A stretch of DNA of 54,109 nt from Promicromonosporaceae bacterium (GCA_009780755.1 WQZL01000001.1:1-54109), one strand, 5' to 3'; positions 8,506 to 17,982 are shown, counted from the first letter of the stretch. The notes: generated by a model from the letters alone, not told the origin. Made by a program: numbers and translations.

Positions 8506-9942
8506 GTGAGTACCCCTACCTCCGTTCGACCGCTGCGTGTCGCCATCGTCGGCGCCGGTCCCGCCGGTATCTACGCCGCCGATATTCTCGCTAAAACCGA
8601 CCTGGACGTCTCTATCGACCTGATCGAACGCCTTCCGGCACCCTTCGGCCTGGTGCGCTACGGTGTCGCCCCCGACCACCCGCGCATCAAGGCGATCATC
8701 CTGGCGTTGCACAAGGTGCTGGAGAAGGGCGAAGTGCGGCTGCTAGCCGATGTAGATTTCGGTCGCGACCTCGACCTATCCGATCTGCGGCGCCTGTACG
8801 ACGCGGTGATCTTCGCGACGGGATCGATTAAGGATGCACCGCTCGACATCCCCGGCGTGGACCTGCCCGGCTGTTACGGCGCGGCTGATTTCGTCTCCTG
8901 GTACGACGGTCACCCCGATGTGCCGCGCACCTGGCCGCTGACAGCCAAGCAGGTGGCGGTGTTCGGTGTCGGCAATGTGGCCCTGGATGTGGCCCGCGTA
9001 CTCTCGCGACACGCCGATGACATGCTCCACACCGACATCCCGGACAACGTCTACCAGGGGCTGAAAGTCAACCCGGTCACGGATGTGCATATCTTTGGGC
9101 GACGCGGCCCGGCGCAGGTGAAATTCTCACCGCTGGAGCTGCGCGAACTAGGCCAGGTGCCAGGTGTGGACGTGGTGGTCTACCCCGAGGATTACGAGTT
9201 TGATGAGGGATCGATGGCTGCCATCGAGGCGTCAAACCAGACCAAGCAGGTGGTCAAGACGCTCACCGACTGGGCGTTGATCGACCCGGCTACGCAAACC
9301 GCCTCGCGGCGCATCCACCTGCACCTGTTGCACTCGCCGGTCGAGGTGGTGGCGGGTGACGACGGTCGGGTGATGGCCGTTCGCACCGAGCGCACCGCCT
9401 TGCAGGGTGACGGCTCGGTGGCCGGCACGGGGGAGTTCCACGAGTGGCCGGTGCAGGCGGTCTATCGGGCGGTCGGGTACTTCGGATCGGCCCTACCCGG
9501 TGTGCCGTTCGATGAGCGGGCCGGGGTGATCCCCAACCGTGAGGGTCGCGTGCTGGATGCTTCGGGGCAGCATATTCCGGGCCTGTACACGACGGGATGG
9601 ATCAAGCGCGGCCCGGTTGGCCTGATCGGTCACACCAAGTCGGATGCCGCCGAAACCATCCGCCACCTAGTTGAAGACGTAACAGGCGTGGCCACCGACA
9701 TCTCGGCGGGTGCCGCGGGCAGCGCCGTGGCTGGGAATCGCGACGGCGGCCGAACCGCTACCGCCCCGGACCCGTCAGCCGTCACCGACCTGCTCACCAA
9801 GCGCGGGGTGACCTACCTCCAGTGGCCCGACTTCGAGCGCCTAGAGGCCCACGAGATCGCTCTCGGCGAGGCTGTAGGCCGCGAACGCATCAAGGTGGTC
9901 TCTCGCGAAGAGATGCTAACCATCGCCAACCCCCACCCCTGA
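8506..9942 (+). CDS. fprA: Ferredoxin/flavodoxin-NADP+ reductase (FprA/adrenodoxin reductase-like)
   Basis: VAIVGAGPAG, PFGLVRYGVAPDHP, GVGNVALDVAR, GRRGP and GWIKRGPVGLIG motifs. TAGACT -10 just upstream of GTG 8506. Confidence 0.9.
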   Translation: MSTPTSVRPLRVAIVGAGPAGIYAADILAKTDLDVSIDLIERLPAPFGLVRYGVAPDHPRIKAIILALHKVLEKGEVRLLADVDFGRDLDLSDLRRLYDAVIFATGSIKDAPLDIPGVDLPGCYGAADFVSWYDGHPDVPRTWPLTAKQVAVFGVGNVALDVARVLSRHADDMLHTDIPDNVYQGLKVNPVTDVHIFGRRGPAQVKFSPLELRELGQVPGVDVVVYPEDYEFDEGSMAAIEASNQTKQVVKTLTDWALIDPATQTASRRIHLHLLHSPVEVVAGDDGRVMAVRTERTALQGDGSVAGTGEFHEWPVQAVYRAVGYFGSALPGVPFDERAGVIPNREGRVLDASGQHIPGLYTTGWIKRGPVGLIGHTKSDAAETIRHLVEDVTGVATDISAGAAGSAVAGNRDGGRTATAPDPSAVTDLLTKRGVTYLQWPDFERLEAHEIALGEAVGRERIKVVSREEMLTIANPHP

Positions 9943-9979
9943 CCTCCACCCCCAACCTCCCCGCTCCCCGCTGCCCCTA

Positions 9980-11053
9980 TCACCGTCGAACCGGCCAATC
10001 TGGCCCCGAACTCCCGTCGAACCGGCTGATCTGGTTCTCAACAGGGCTGTTCGCAACCAGATCAGCCGGTTCGGCGGAGGCTTGTCGGCCGGTTCGGTGC
10101 GGGAGTGATGTGTTTGTAGATCGCAATGCCTCGGTGACCGTGCGGGCTATTAAGCCGCGCTGTTGCAGGTCGCGAGCGGTGAAGCGCAGTACGGCCAGGG
10201 AACCACCGACGATCAAGGCATTTTGCCGGGCGCGGTCGGCATAGGCTGGTTCTAGTCCAGAGTGGTATTCACGCCCATCAATCTCGGCTGCTAGCACGAG
10301 ACCGTTAGGAAGACGCCAGGCCAGGTCAAGGCGTCGACGGATTCCGTTCGCGTCAACTTGCTCCAGCTGAAGTTCATCGGGAGGAATTCCAAAGTCTTTG
10401 CATTCAAGCCGGGCCGCAGTCTCCAACGGCGACTCGGATCGCCCATCGGCCTCCTGCCACCAACTATGAGTTTTGGCAACGCCACGTCTGCCGCGAGCGT
10501 GCCAATGCGCAGCATCTAGCTCGTCTGGGGTGAGGAGATGCTTGTTTAGCGCCGAATCCAGGCAGGACACAGCAACCACCCTAGAGAGTTCGGGAACGGA
10601 TTGTGCCAGCGCCCACGGCACGGATGCACATCGCCACCCATCAATGACCACCACGTCCATGCCATCATCGAACATACGCGCATCAATCAGGTCGCGTGCG
10701 CGGTGGTGTGATGCATTTGGGTGAGTGATTTGTGGGGCCAAGCCAAGCGGCACACCGGCGATGCCATGAAGCGCCAGCGCGCTGGCCCCAACAGCAATCG
10801 CATTAGGCCCATACGAGAGGAGTCCGAGAATCACAGCGCGTAACCGCCGTGCGTCTGGATGGTGCTGAGGCAGTGGGGTTTGATCCGTGTCGATCACATG
10901 GCAGGCAACCCTGGACCAACAGCCTCGTTGTATCAGTGTTCGTATTCTGCTGCGGGAAACTCCGGCATCACTGCACTGCTGGTCGGTGATGAGTCCATAT
11001 TGCAGGCGAGCCTGTTGGAGCAGAGGGTCTGGGATCGGGCGTAACTGGCGCAT
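9980..11053 (-). CDS. AbiEi-like N-terminal domain + DUF559/Vsr-like PD-(D/E)xK nuclease-domain protein
   Basis: N-terminal QYGLITDQQCSDAGVS...LIQRGCWSRV, then ADGRSESPLETAARL, LDLAW, AEIDGREYH, DRARQNAL and VLRFT. The C-terminal ~40 aa read through the flanking repeats. Confidence 0.8.
   Translation of the reverse strand: MRQLRPIPDPLLQQARLQYGLITDQQCSDAGVSRSRIRTLIQRGCWSRVACHVIDTDQTPLPQHHPDARRLRAVILGLLSYGPNAIAVGASALALHGIAGVPLGLAPQITHPNASHHRARDLIDARMFDDGMDVVVIDGWRCASVPWALAQSVPELSRVVAVSCLDSALNKHLLTPDELDAAHWHARGRRGVAKTHSWWQEADGRSESPLETAARLECKDFGIPPDELQLEQVDANGIRRRLDLAWRLPNGLVLAAEIDGREYHSGLEPAYADRARQNALIVGGSLAVLRFTARDLQQRGLIARTVTEALRSTNTSLPHRTGRQASAEPADLVANSPVENQISRFDGSSGPDWPVRR
9984..10099. repeat. 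Left cluster of ~20-bp palindrome-forming repeats (consensus CGTCGAACCGGCTGATCTGG)
   Basis: Copies at 9984-10003 (+), 10015-10036 (+), 10055-10076 (-) and partial 10087-10099 (-). Copies 2 and 3 form a 22-bp stem with one mismatch. Confidence 0.85.
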
Positions 11054-11161
11054 ATCCCCAGTTGAAAGTACGTCAAAACAAGATGCAACTCACCAAGCCC
11101 CGAACTGTGGATAACTCGCGCTTTGGCCTCCCTGTGGATACTCAATTCCATTGTGCTTGCG

Positions 11162-11252
11162 GCGAACCGGCTGATTTGGCTGCGAGCGGTTCTCTAGGAA
11201 ACCAGATGAGCCGGTTCGGCAGAGGCTTGTGGCCAGATGAGCCGGTTCGACG
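11162..11252. repeat. Right cluster of the same repeat family
   Basis: Copies at 11162-11179 (+), 11200-11220 (-) and 11233-11252 (-, CCAGATGAGCCGGTTCGACG). Confidence 0.85.
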
Positions 11253-11294
11253 TTCGGGGAGGGAGGAGGAAGGGGTGGTGGTGGTGGGTGGGGG

Positions 11295-11789
11295 CTAGCG
11301 GTAGTTGGTGAACTGGATGGCGAATTTTAGTTCGGCGGTTCTGAGCAGCGCGATGACGGCCTGTAGATCGTCGCGAGATTTTGAGGAGACGTGCACCTCA
11401 TCGCCGGTGATCTGGGTCTTGACCGATTTGAGACCCTCATCGCGAATCAACTTAGTCACCTTCTTGGCGTTCTCACTGCTCAGACCCTCCTTCAACGAGG
11501 CGACCAGGCGGTACTCCTTGCCGGAAACCTTCGGCTCCCGGTCGCCCACCTCAAGTGCCTTGAGCGAGACGCCGCGACGGATCAGCTTGGTCTCGAACAC
11601 GTCGAGGATTGCAAGCACGCGATCAGCGGAGTTGGCAACCATCAAGACGGTCTCGCCACTCCAGGCGATGGATGCGCCGACATTCTTGAAGTCGTAACGC
11701 TGCGCGATCTCCTTGCCGGCTTGATTCAGGGCGTTGTCCACCTCCTGGCGGTCAACCTTGGAAACTACGTCAAACGAGGCATCGGCCAC
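11295..11789 (-). CDS. yajQ: YajQ-family nucleotide (c-di-GMP)-binding protein
   Basis: [31 protein letters not shown]...[12 protein letters not shown]...QFTNYR. Confidence 0.95.
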   Translation of the reverse strand: MADASFDVVSKVDRQEVDNALNQAGKEIAQRYDFKNVGASIAWSGETVLMVANSADRVLAILDVFETKLIRRGVSLKALEVGDREPKVSGKEYRLVASLKEGLSSENAKKVTKLIRDEGLKSVKTQITGDEVHVSSKSRDDLQAVIALLRTAELKFAIQFTNYR

Positions 11790-11926
11790 GAGGGACTCCT
11801 TATTGGGTTTGGGCGCGCTGGGCGCCGGGAAGGATGTTCGACGCTAACAGTAGCGCCCGATTGCTCTCAGCGGCATCGGGCGCTAGGGTAGTCCCCGCTC
11901 CGGTTACGGGGCGGACAACTAAATAC

Positions 11927-12008
11927 GGCAGATTACCCAAGCGGCCAACGGGGGCTGACTGTAAATCAGCTGGCTTCGCCTTCGGGGGTTCGAATCCCTC
12001 ATCTGCCA
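11927..12008 (+). tRNA. tRNA-Tyr(GTA)
   Basis: GGCAGAT/ATCTGCC acceptor stem, GCTGA-CTGTAAA-TCAGC anticodon arm, long variable arm, GGTTCGAATCC T-loop. CCA not encoded. Confidence 0.97.
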
Positions 12009-12104
12009 CTCGACGGACGGCTCAACCTCCACGGTTGGGCTGGACGTTTGCGGACCTCGCGCCGATTTCACCCCCAGGTGGATGAGGTGTAGAGTTCTTC
12101 CGCT

Positions 12105-12177
12105 GCCCCGATAGCTCAGTCGGTAGAGTATCTCCATGGTAAGGAGAGGGTCACGGGTTCAAATCCCGTTCGGGGCT
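12105..12177 (+). tRNA. tRNA-Thr(GGT)
   Basis: GCCCCGA/TCGGGGC acceptor stem, TCTCC-ATGGTAA-GGAGA anticodon arm, GGTTCAAATCC T-loop. Confidence 0.96.
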
Positions 12178-12215
12178 CTGTGGGCATTGACGCGGTCTCG
12201 CGTCAGGCCACACGA

Positions 12216-12289
12216 GGCGGGGTAGCTCAGCTGGTTAGAGCGCACGACTCATAATCGTGAGGTCGCGGGTTCGAGTCCCGCCCTCGCTA
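12216..12289 (+). tRNA. tRNA-Met(CAT), elongator type
   Basis: CACGA-CTCATAA-TCGTG anticodon arm and GGTTCGAGTCC T-loop. Position in a Tyr-Thr-Met cluster favours elongator Met over Ile2. Confidence 0.92.
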
Positions 12290-12294
12290 CCGCC

Positions 12295-13011
12295 TCACGA
12301 CAAGCCCCCACCCGCCAGGGCGGGGGCTTGTGTCATGTTGGGGCCTATAGCCCGAGAGACGAGGGTGGGGAGTTCTAGGAGAGAGTCGATCACTGGGGTG
12401 CGGGTTTCGGCGAGTTCGGGGCGAGTGGCGTGGAGGTAGCCGTAGGGGCCACGACGGATCAAGACGGGTCGCATTCCGGCGGCCAGCGCCGGGAGTACAT
12501 CGTTGTCTAGGCGGTCGCCAACGTAGGCGATCTCTGCCGGGGCGACGCCCGCCAGGGCGGCTACGGCTGCGAAGAAGCCAGGGTCTGGCTTTTCGAAGCC
12601 GAGTTCTGCCGAGTTCTGCATCGCATCGACGGGTAGGTTCATCGCTTGCAGCCGGGCTAGCGCGGCAGCGGGTTGATTGCCGGCGATCACGATGCGGTAG
12701 CCCGCAACCCGAAGCGCGGTCAGGGCAGGAAAGACATCTGGGTACAGATCCTCTGCATCGAAGGAGCCGCGCAAGCCATCTGGGTCGTCCCGCTCCCAGG
12801 CGGCCTCCTCGGCGCGGACATCCAGGCCCGGTACGGCCAGCTGTAGCGCAGCCTCAACGTTTAGCCCGCGCTGCGCGCAGGCACCAATCAGTCCGAGCAA
12901 CGTGTGCGGGGTCACTCTTAATCGCCCTGCCCAGCGCAGCCACAGCCGTGACTCGTCAATCAAGGTCTCTCCCACGTCGAACACCACGCACTTAACCTGA
13001 CTCGAACCCAT
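12295..13011 (-). CDS. HAD-superfamily hydrolase
   Basis: VVFDVGETLID motif I, KPDPGFF, and YVGDRLDNDV motif IV. Confidence 0.9.
   Translation of the reverse strand: MGSSQVKCVVFDVGETLIDESRLWLRWAGRLRVTPHTLLGLIGACAQRGLNVEAALQLAVPGLDVRAEEAAWERDDPDGLRGSFDAEDLYPDVFPALTALRVAGYRIVIAGNQPAAALARLQAMNLPVDAMQNSAELGFEKPDPGFFAAVAALAGVAPAEIAYVGDRLDNDVLPALAAGMRPVLIRRGPYGYLHATRPELAETRTPVIDSLLELPTLVSRAIGPNMTQAPALAGGGLS
12300..12331. terminator. Hairpin between the tRNA operon and the convergent HAD gene
   Basis: ACAAGCCCCCACCC-GCCA-GGGCGGGGGCTTGT stem-loop. Confidence 0.7.
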
Positions 13012-13306
13012 GACACAACCCTACCGAGAGACGAACAACCGGTTTCAGCAAACCCGGAAAACTCGGGTGAATATTATGCGAAAAACACGTAAACGATTCA
13101 GCGCCACCGTAGGCGTCGAAGTGCGCCACGCAGTTTGCTGGTTTCGATCCTTATTGAACGGCGCCTCATTACTCACTCACGGGTGTAACCTGCGCAAATG
13201 CCTTTTCGGCCTGCTTGAGTCGGGGAGTTGCCAAACGCTCAATGGCGTCTGTAGTCTCACGACTCGGCGTCAGATGTACCCGATTCAGCGCTCAAGGAGA
13301 GCCGTT

Positions 13307-16300
13307 TTGACTCAGCAAGGCCCGTGGAACCACGCAGGAGTGGCGTGTGGTCGCCGCGCTCGCGTGCGCTCTTCTCGCTGGTACCGGCACCCCGTTGCCG
13401 TTATCGCGGCCATGGTCCTGCTGGTTGGCCCCACCGTCGGCCTACACGTCGCACAGGCATCAGAGCCGGTGGTACCCATCACTATCGACTCCGCCGCCTG
13501 GGATAACACCGGCCCCACTGTCGCAAACATTGCCGACGGTAACTGCGTCAGCAATGCCAGTGGTGCCGCAAACGGCATGTGTACGCTGCGCGCCGCCGTG
13601 ACCGTTGCCAACGCGGTACCGACCGACATGGGGCGCGTACTCATCACGGTTGACCCGAGCATCGGCACCACCGGTCCCCAGGTGATGACCGACTGGCCGG
13701 GCACGGCCACCGCTCGTAACGCGATGCGGATGAACACCTCAGCCGAGAACTTCTTCGAGTCGAGTGGTGCGCTGTTCCGGATCACCCGACCGAACGTCAC
13801 CATCGATCTGGATAACCGGCTCATCCCGGATGGTTCCGTGGGTGACACCGGAGAACACGACCTATTTCGCATCTTGGCCGACAACATCGAAATGTTGAAC
13901 ATTGAAGGCCCGCTCTCGTCCGGGACCTCGTTCGCAATCGGCCCGAACGTGCGCAACATCCTGATCGATGGCACCGCCAATGGCTCCCGCTCGACGGCCC
14001 GCACCGTCAACTGGGGTCCGGAGCGATTCGTGCTGATTCGTGAGGGTGCCCAGAACGTAACCGTTCGGGGCTACGACCTCTCCGGCTTCTACGACCTACA
14101 GACGTCCACCGGCCTGTTCATGTTCCAGGCCGCCATCGGCACCCTGACCAACCCGATTCCGGTTCGTGATGTCCTGATTTACGACATCAATGTGGTCAAC
14201 CCGATAGGCACAGGTGCCTGCTCGGGCACTAATGGCTCGGGCTGTCGCGCTCGTCTAACCAACTTTGTCGGCACCTCCTCTATCAATGCCGACCGGCTAC
14301 GGATTGAGAACCTGACCTTCCGCAACATCTTCGTGCAGGGCATGAACAACGACTCGACCACCGCCGCCGGTTCAAACATTGGCCGCCTGTCACAGATTCT
14401 CGACTTCACCAACGGCTGGAACGGCACCGCCGCGACCAGCAACTCGCCCACCATCGTGAACCTGACCGTAGAGGAGTCGGTTTTCGCGAATAACGAGGGA
14501 CAGCCCCAGCTGCACCGCGCCGTGATCGCACTGCCGCCCGGCGGTCGCCTACGGGGCACCACGATCATCCGCAACAACCTGTTCTCCACCACCGCCTCCG
14601 GGCGCGCCGCCATCAACATCCCCTCGGCCCCGACGGGCAACCAGGGGGCAAACTCGGTAGTTGTTTCGCAGATATTCATCTACGACAACCACTTCGACGG
14701 CTTCGACCATGCCGGCGGCGTCGTCCACGGCTGGCGCACGGGCACCGTCACGATGGAGCGCAACACGTTTTCTCGCGGCGGCGGCGCGGACACCACGCAG
14801 GGCGAGGAGAGCATCAGCGGCACCGGCGGCGGAGGGATGATCCGCAACCGCGACAACACCGCCAACCGCAATCTGCTCACCTGGTTCCCCACCGGCACCG
14901 CCGCAGTGGTGGACGGCACCCCAGCGGCAGACGCACTGAAGCTAGAACTCAACAACCGGTTCATCGACGAGAACGCGCCCACCTGCGCCGTGATGCTAAC
15001 CGCGCAGGCACCCACCGCAGCCGCGACGGGCCAGAGCCTGCCCGGCACCCCGGTCACGCTCGACGTGTTCTGGACGGAGAACAACCGCGCCGAACTGCAC
15101 ATCGGTCGGGTGAGGGATGTGACCGAAGCGAGCGCGCAAATCCTGATCGATCTGCCCGTGGGCACCATCGATCTGCCCAGCACGAATCTGCCCCCGTGGA
15201 GCGACCCCATCGCGAACACCACGGCCGTGATCTCCAACCCGGTGACGGGCGCGGTAAACGGTTCGCTACGCATTCAGACCCAGGTGGAGGGCGCCGCCCA
15301 GCTGCAAAGCTCGCAGCTTAGCCGCACCGTGCCGCTGGTAGGCAACTGTATTCCGGTTCTGACCATCAACCAGGCTGCCAGTCAAGTAGACCCCACGCTG
15401 GTTCGCTTCCTGGACTTCACCGTGACCTCCACGGTGCCGCTGCGCGACCTGCCCGCCAGCGCCATCGTGCTTGATGCTCAGCCCACAACAAGCACCATCG
15501 AGGCCGCCTCGATTAACCCGCGCGTGGTCGAGATCATCGGACATCCAGATGCGGGCGGCAGCTACGGCCGACTATTCACCGTGCGCGTGGCCGTAGATGA
15601 CTCGTCCCGGGTGACGGCGACGATTCCGACGGGCGTCGTGCAGTCGGTTGGCGGCCTGCCCAGCCTGGTCCCGGCGTCATTTACCGACAATGAGATCACG
15701 TTCATCAACCCGATCACGCTCTCCCCTAACCGCTTCTCGGTAGTCACCGGGCAAGTGGTCCCCGGAAGCAACCCAGAAAAGAAGGCGGAGACCCCCTACC
15801 ACCTGGCCATCCGCTCGACGGCGCCAAAACCCACGGCCGACCTGCATTTTGCCGTCACGGTCACCCAGCCCGGCAACTCGCCAGCATTGCTTCTTTCGGA
15901 CGCCGCGCCGATCATTCCGGGCGGCACAATGATCTCGAATCCGGTGTGGGTGCGGGCCGAGGCGGGCTTCGTGGCCGCTGCCACCGAGGCCAGGATTAAC
16001 CACGCGGTTACCTCTCTCGATCCGAACTATGACGGCTTGATGGTGGGTTCGGTGCGGGTGAACCTGTTCTTCGCCAGCCCATACATCCAGATTCACCGCA
16101 CCGCATACATCAACGTTCCCGAGGCGATCATGGGTACCCCCGGCAACATGGCCGACCCGGCCGCCGTGATCGCAAATGGTCTGGCCGTGCCGAGCGGTTC
16201 GCGACTGCTGGTCGGGCAGCCAATCTGCTTCGTGTGGACGGTCACCAATACCTCCCGCGACGACTGGGCCACAGATCTGACCAACGTAGAGGTCTGGGAT

Positions 16301-16429
16301 ACCGATACCCGCCTGGGCGTAGGCGGCTACATCGGCACCATTGACGTACTGGGCATCGACGAAGACGCGCAGTTTAGGCAGTGCACCACCCTAAACGCTA
16401 TCGATTCCCGTCCTGGAGGTGGCTCGTGA
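13307..16429 (+). CDS. Large secreted adhesin-like protein (CSLREA-like N-terminus, beta-helix-like region, Ig-like domains, C-terminal DUF11/DUF7507-like domain)
   Basis: RBS AAGGAG before TTG 13307, signal peptide (...VAVIAAMVLLVGPTVGLHVAQA), DGNC...MCTLRAAVTVAN motif, Asn/Thr-rich beta-helix-like repeats and C-terminal CFVWTVTNTS...LTNVEVWD. GTGA overlap with the next gene. Confidence 0.75.
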   Translation: MTQQGPWNHAGVACGRRARVRSSRWYRHPVAVIAAMVLLVGPTVGLHVAQASEPVVPITIDSAAWDNTGPTVANIADGNCVSNASGAANGMCTLRAAVTVANAVPTDMGRVLITVDPSIGTTGPQVMTDWPGTATARNAMRMNTSAENFFESSGALFRITRPNVTIDLDNRLIPDGSVGDTGEHDLFRILADNIEMLNIEGPLSSGTSFAIGPNVRNILIDGTANGSRSTARTVNWGPERFVLIREGAQNVTVRGYDLSGFYDLQTSTGLFMFQAAIGTLTNPIPVRDVLIYDINVVNPIGTGACSGTNGSGCRARLTNFVGTSSINADRLRIENLTFRNIFVQGMNNDSTTAAGSNIGRLSQILDFTNGWNGTAATSNSPTIVNLTVEESVFANNEGQPQLHRAVIALPPGGRLRGTTIIRNNLFSTTASGRAAINIPSAPTGNQGANSVVVSQIFIYDNHFDGFDHAGGVVHGWRTGTVTMERNTFSRGGGADTTQGEESISGTGGGGMIRNRDNTANRNLLTWFPTGTAAVVDGTPAADALKLELNNRFIDENAPTCAVMLTAQAPTAAATGQSLPGTPVTLDVFWTENNRAELHIGRVRDVTEASAQILIDLPVGTIDLPSTNLPPWSDPIANTTAVISNPVTGAVNGSLRIQTQVEGAAQLQSSQLSRTVPLVGNCIPVLTINQAASQVDPTLVRFLDFTVTSTVPLRDLPASAIVLDAQPTTSTIEAASINPRVVEIIGHPDAGGSYGRLFTVRVAVDDSSRVTATIPTGVVQSVGGLPSLVPASFTDNEITFINPITLSPNRFSVVTGQVVPGSNPEKKAETPYHLAIRSTAPKPTADLHFAVTVTQPGNSPALLLSDAAPIIPGGTMISNPVWVRAEAGFVAAATEARINHAVTSLDPNYDGLMVGSVRVNLFFASPYIQIHRTAYINVPEAIMGTPGNMADPAAVIANGLAVPSGSRLLVGQPICFVWTVTNTSRDDWATDLTNVEVWDTDTRLGVGGYIGTIDVLGIDEDAQFRQCTTLNAIDSRPGGGS

Positions 16430-17019
16430 AAAAGCGAGGTAGTTTAGCCGCGCTCACCACCGTCGTCACGGTGGCTGTAGGCGTCGGCCTAGCCGGTTTC
16501 GCCTGGGCGCTATGGAAAGATTCCGACAGCTTCACCGGCGGCGAAATTACCACCGGAGACATGCGCCTCGATCTGGTGGGCACACCCGTCTGGGAGCGCA
16601 TCGTTGACGATGAGGCCACCGCTTTTATTGGCGTGGCGATGCCCGGTGAGCAGGTGCGCGTCACCACCACCGTTCGTTCCTATCTGCGTGGAGACAATTT
16701 GGCCGGTGGGTTTGATGCCAGCTTCGAGCGGGAGATCGGCGATGCTGTTGCCGCTGAAATCAATATTCACGTCGAAAATGCCTCGGGGGTGATTGTGGCT
16801 GGACCAGCCCCGCTCGGTGGCGTGCTGGCCGTGCCCGGATTAGTCGGCTCTAACGATGGCATAACCGCCGAGTGGCGAATTGTGGTGCATGTTGTAGTCG
16901 AATCTGAAATCAACTGGGTGCCCAACCTTGAACCACCCTTTGATGACCACGAGCACTGGCCGGGCGGAAATCTACATCTGACTCTTTCCCAAGTACGTTC
17001 CGGCCCTGGATTTAGTTAG
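16426..17019 (+). CDS. SipW-type signal peptide, TasA/CalY-like exported subunit (minor)
   Basis: GFAWA|LWKDSDSFTGGEITTGDMRL matches the SipW-cognate signal pattern. Also MPGE and LRGDNLAG motifs and C-terminal LTLSQVR. RBS GGAGG. Confidence 0.78.
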   Translation: MKKRGSLAALTTVVTVAVGVGLAGFAWALWKDSDSFTGGEITTGDMRLDLVGTPVWERIVDDEATAFIGVAMPGEQVRVTTTVRSYLRGDNLAGGFDASFEREIGDAVAAEINIHVENASGVIVAGPAPLGGVLAVPGLVGSNDGITAEWRIVVHVVVESEINWVPNLEPPFDDHEHWPGGNLHLTLSQVRSGPGFS

Positions 17020-17022
17020 GAG

Positions 17023-17982
17023 GTGAGTATGCCGAGCATCGTTCGTTCGGGCGTCATTGGCGCCATCGCATTTGCCGTGACCCTAGGCGGTATGGCCGCC
17101 GCACAGGCCCTTTGGCAGCATGGTCAAACCACCGTGGTGGCGCCGCTGCCCATCGGTAACGTGGCTTTCGGCGTCTCCACCGGTGTGCTGACAGATTCTG
17201 CGGAGACCACTACCTACGAACGCACCACTACCGTGGCCTCGGCCGAGGACATCACACGGGGCGTGCCGCTGTATGTGCGCGTGCCTGGAGAGGTAATTGC
17301 GCAGGTCATGAACCAGCGCCCGCCGGTGTTTCCCGACGAGACCACGGATGAGTTGGTCGAGTGGGTCACCTGGCGCTTCGCCGTCTATGGCCGGGCCGAT
17401 GGCTTCTATGGCATGAACTATGACGTCGAACCCGTGAGCCAAGTGCTGCGCGGCACGGACGAGACCGTGCGCTCGCTGGCCGATGGCATCGGTTCCTACC
17501 AGACTCTGCTGGGCCACTCCACGATGGTGGTATTCCCGGCAGCAGAAAACGGTGAGTGTACGGCGGTTCCGGGCGTGCCCGGTGGCCAAAATGTTCACTC
17601 CATCGCGACCCCAGCTTCCCCGTCAACTGATATGGAGTTGATCCCTAACGTCAGCTCAACAACCACCTCACGTCATGCTTGGTGTGTGGGTGTTAGGTTT
17701 AATTCCATATTAGATGGCGAGTATATTGCCGAAGCGATAGCCAGTGGGCTTGGCCTCGATGGAAGAATGCACCGAGATTTCGATCAGTGGCGAGCTATTG
17801 TCGCCTTTCCTCCCGCGATTCCCCCGGTAGGCACCTATGGAGCCAGGGGAACCGCAGAGGGAATAGGCGAGGATGGAGCTATCTCGCGAGACCACGATGA
17901 ATGGTATGCACCAGTTGCCCCGAACCCAGACAACGAACCAGACGTAATACTACGAATCACTCCACAAGTTCTGATCCCCTAG
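17023..17982 (+). CDS. SipW-type exported protein with duplicated C-terminal beta-hairpin motif (putative adaptor)
   Basis: AAAQA|LWQHGQTTVVAPLPIGNVAF signal pattern, C-terminal LRITPQV and an internal ~30-aa repeat. Start GTG 17023 or ATG 17029. Confidence 0.68.
   Translation: MSMPSIVRSGVIGAIAFAVTLGGMAAAQALWQHGQTTVVAPLPIGNVAFGVSTGVLTDSAETTTYERTTTVASAEDITRGVPLYVRVPGEVIAQVMNQRPPVFPDETTDELVEWVTWRFAVYGRADGFYGMNYDVEPVSQVLRGTDETVRSLADGIGSYQTLLGHSTMVVFPAAENGECTAVPGVPGGQNVHSIATPASPSTDMELIPNVSSTTTSRHAWCVGVRFNSILDGEYIAEAIASGLGLDGRMHRDFDQWRAIVAFPPAIPPVGTYGARGTAEGIGEDGAISRDHDEWYAPVAPNPDNEPDVILRITPQVLIP

Noticed and set aside
9984..11252. Repeats as a CRISPR array
   Set aside because: Copies alternate in orientation, spacing is irregular and short, and no cas genes are present.
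12216..12289. tRNA-Ile2(CAT), the TilS substrate
   Set aside because: Sequence and the Tyr-Thr-Met cluster context fit elongator tRNA-Met better.
13010..13306. N-terminal extensions in the ORF track (also 21862-22089, 25675-25926, 26860-27069, 29303-29677)
   Set aside because: They overlap neighbouring genes or promoters; downstream starts have RBS or -10 support and match family N-termini.
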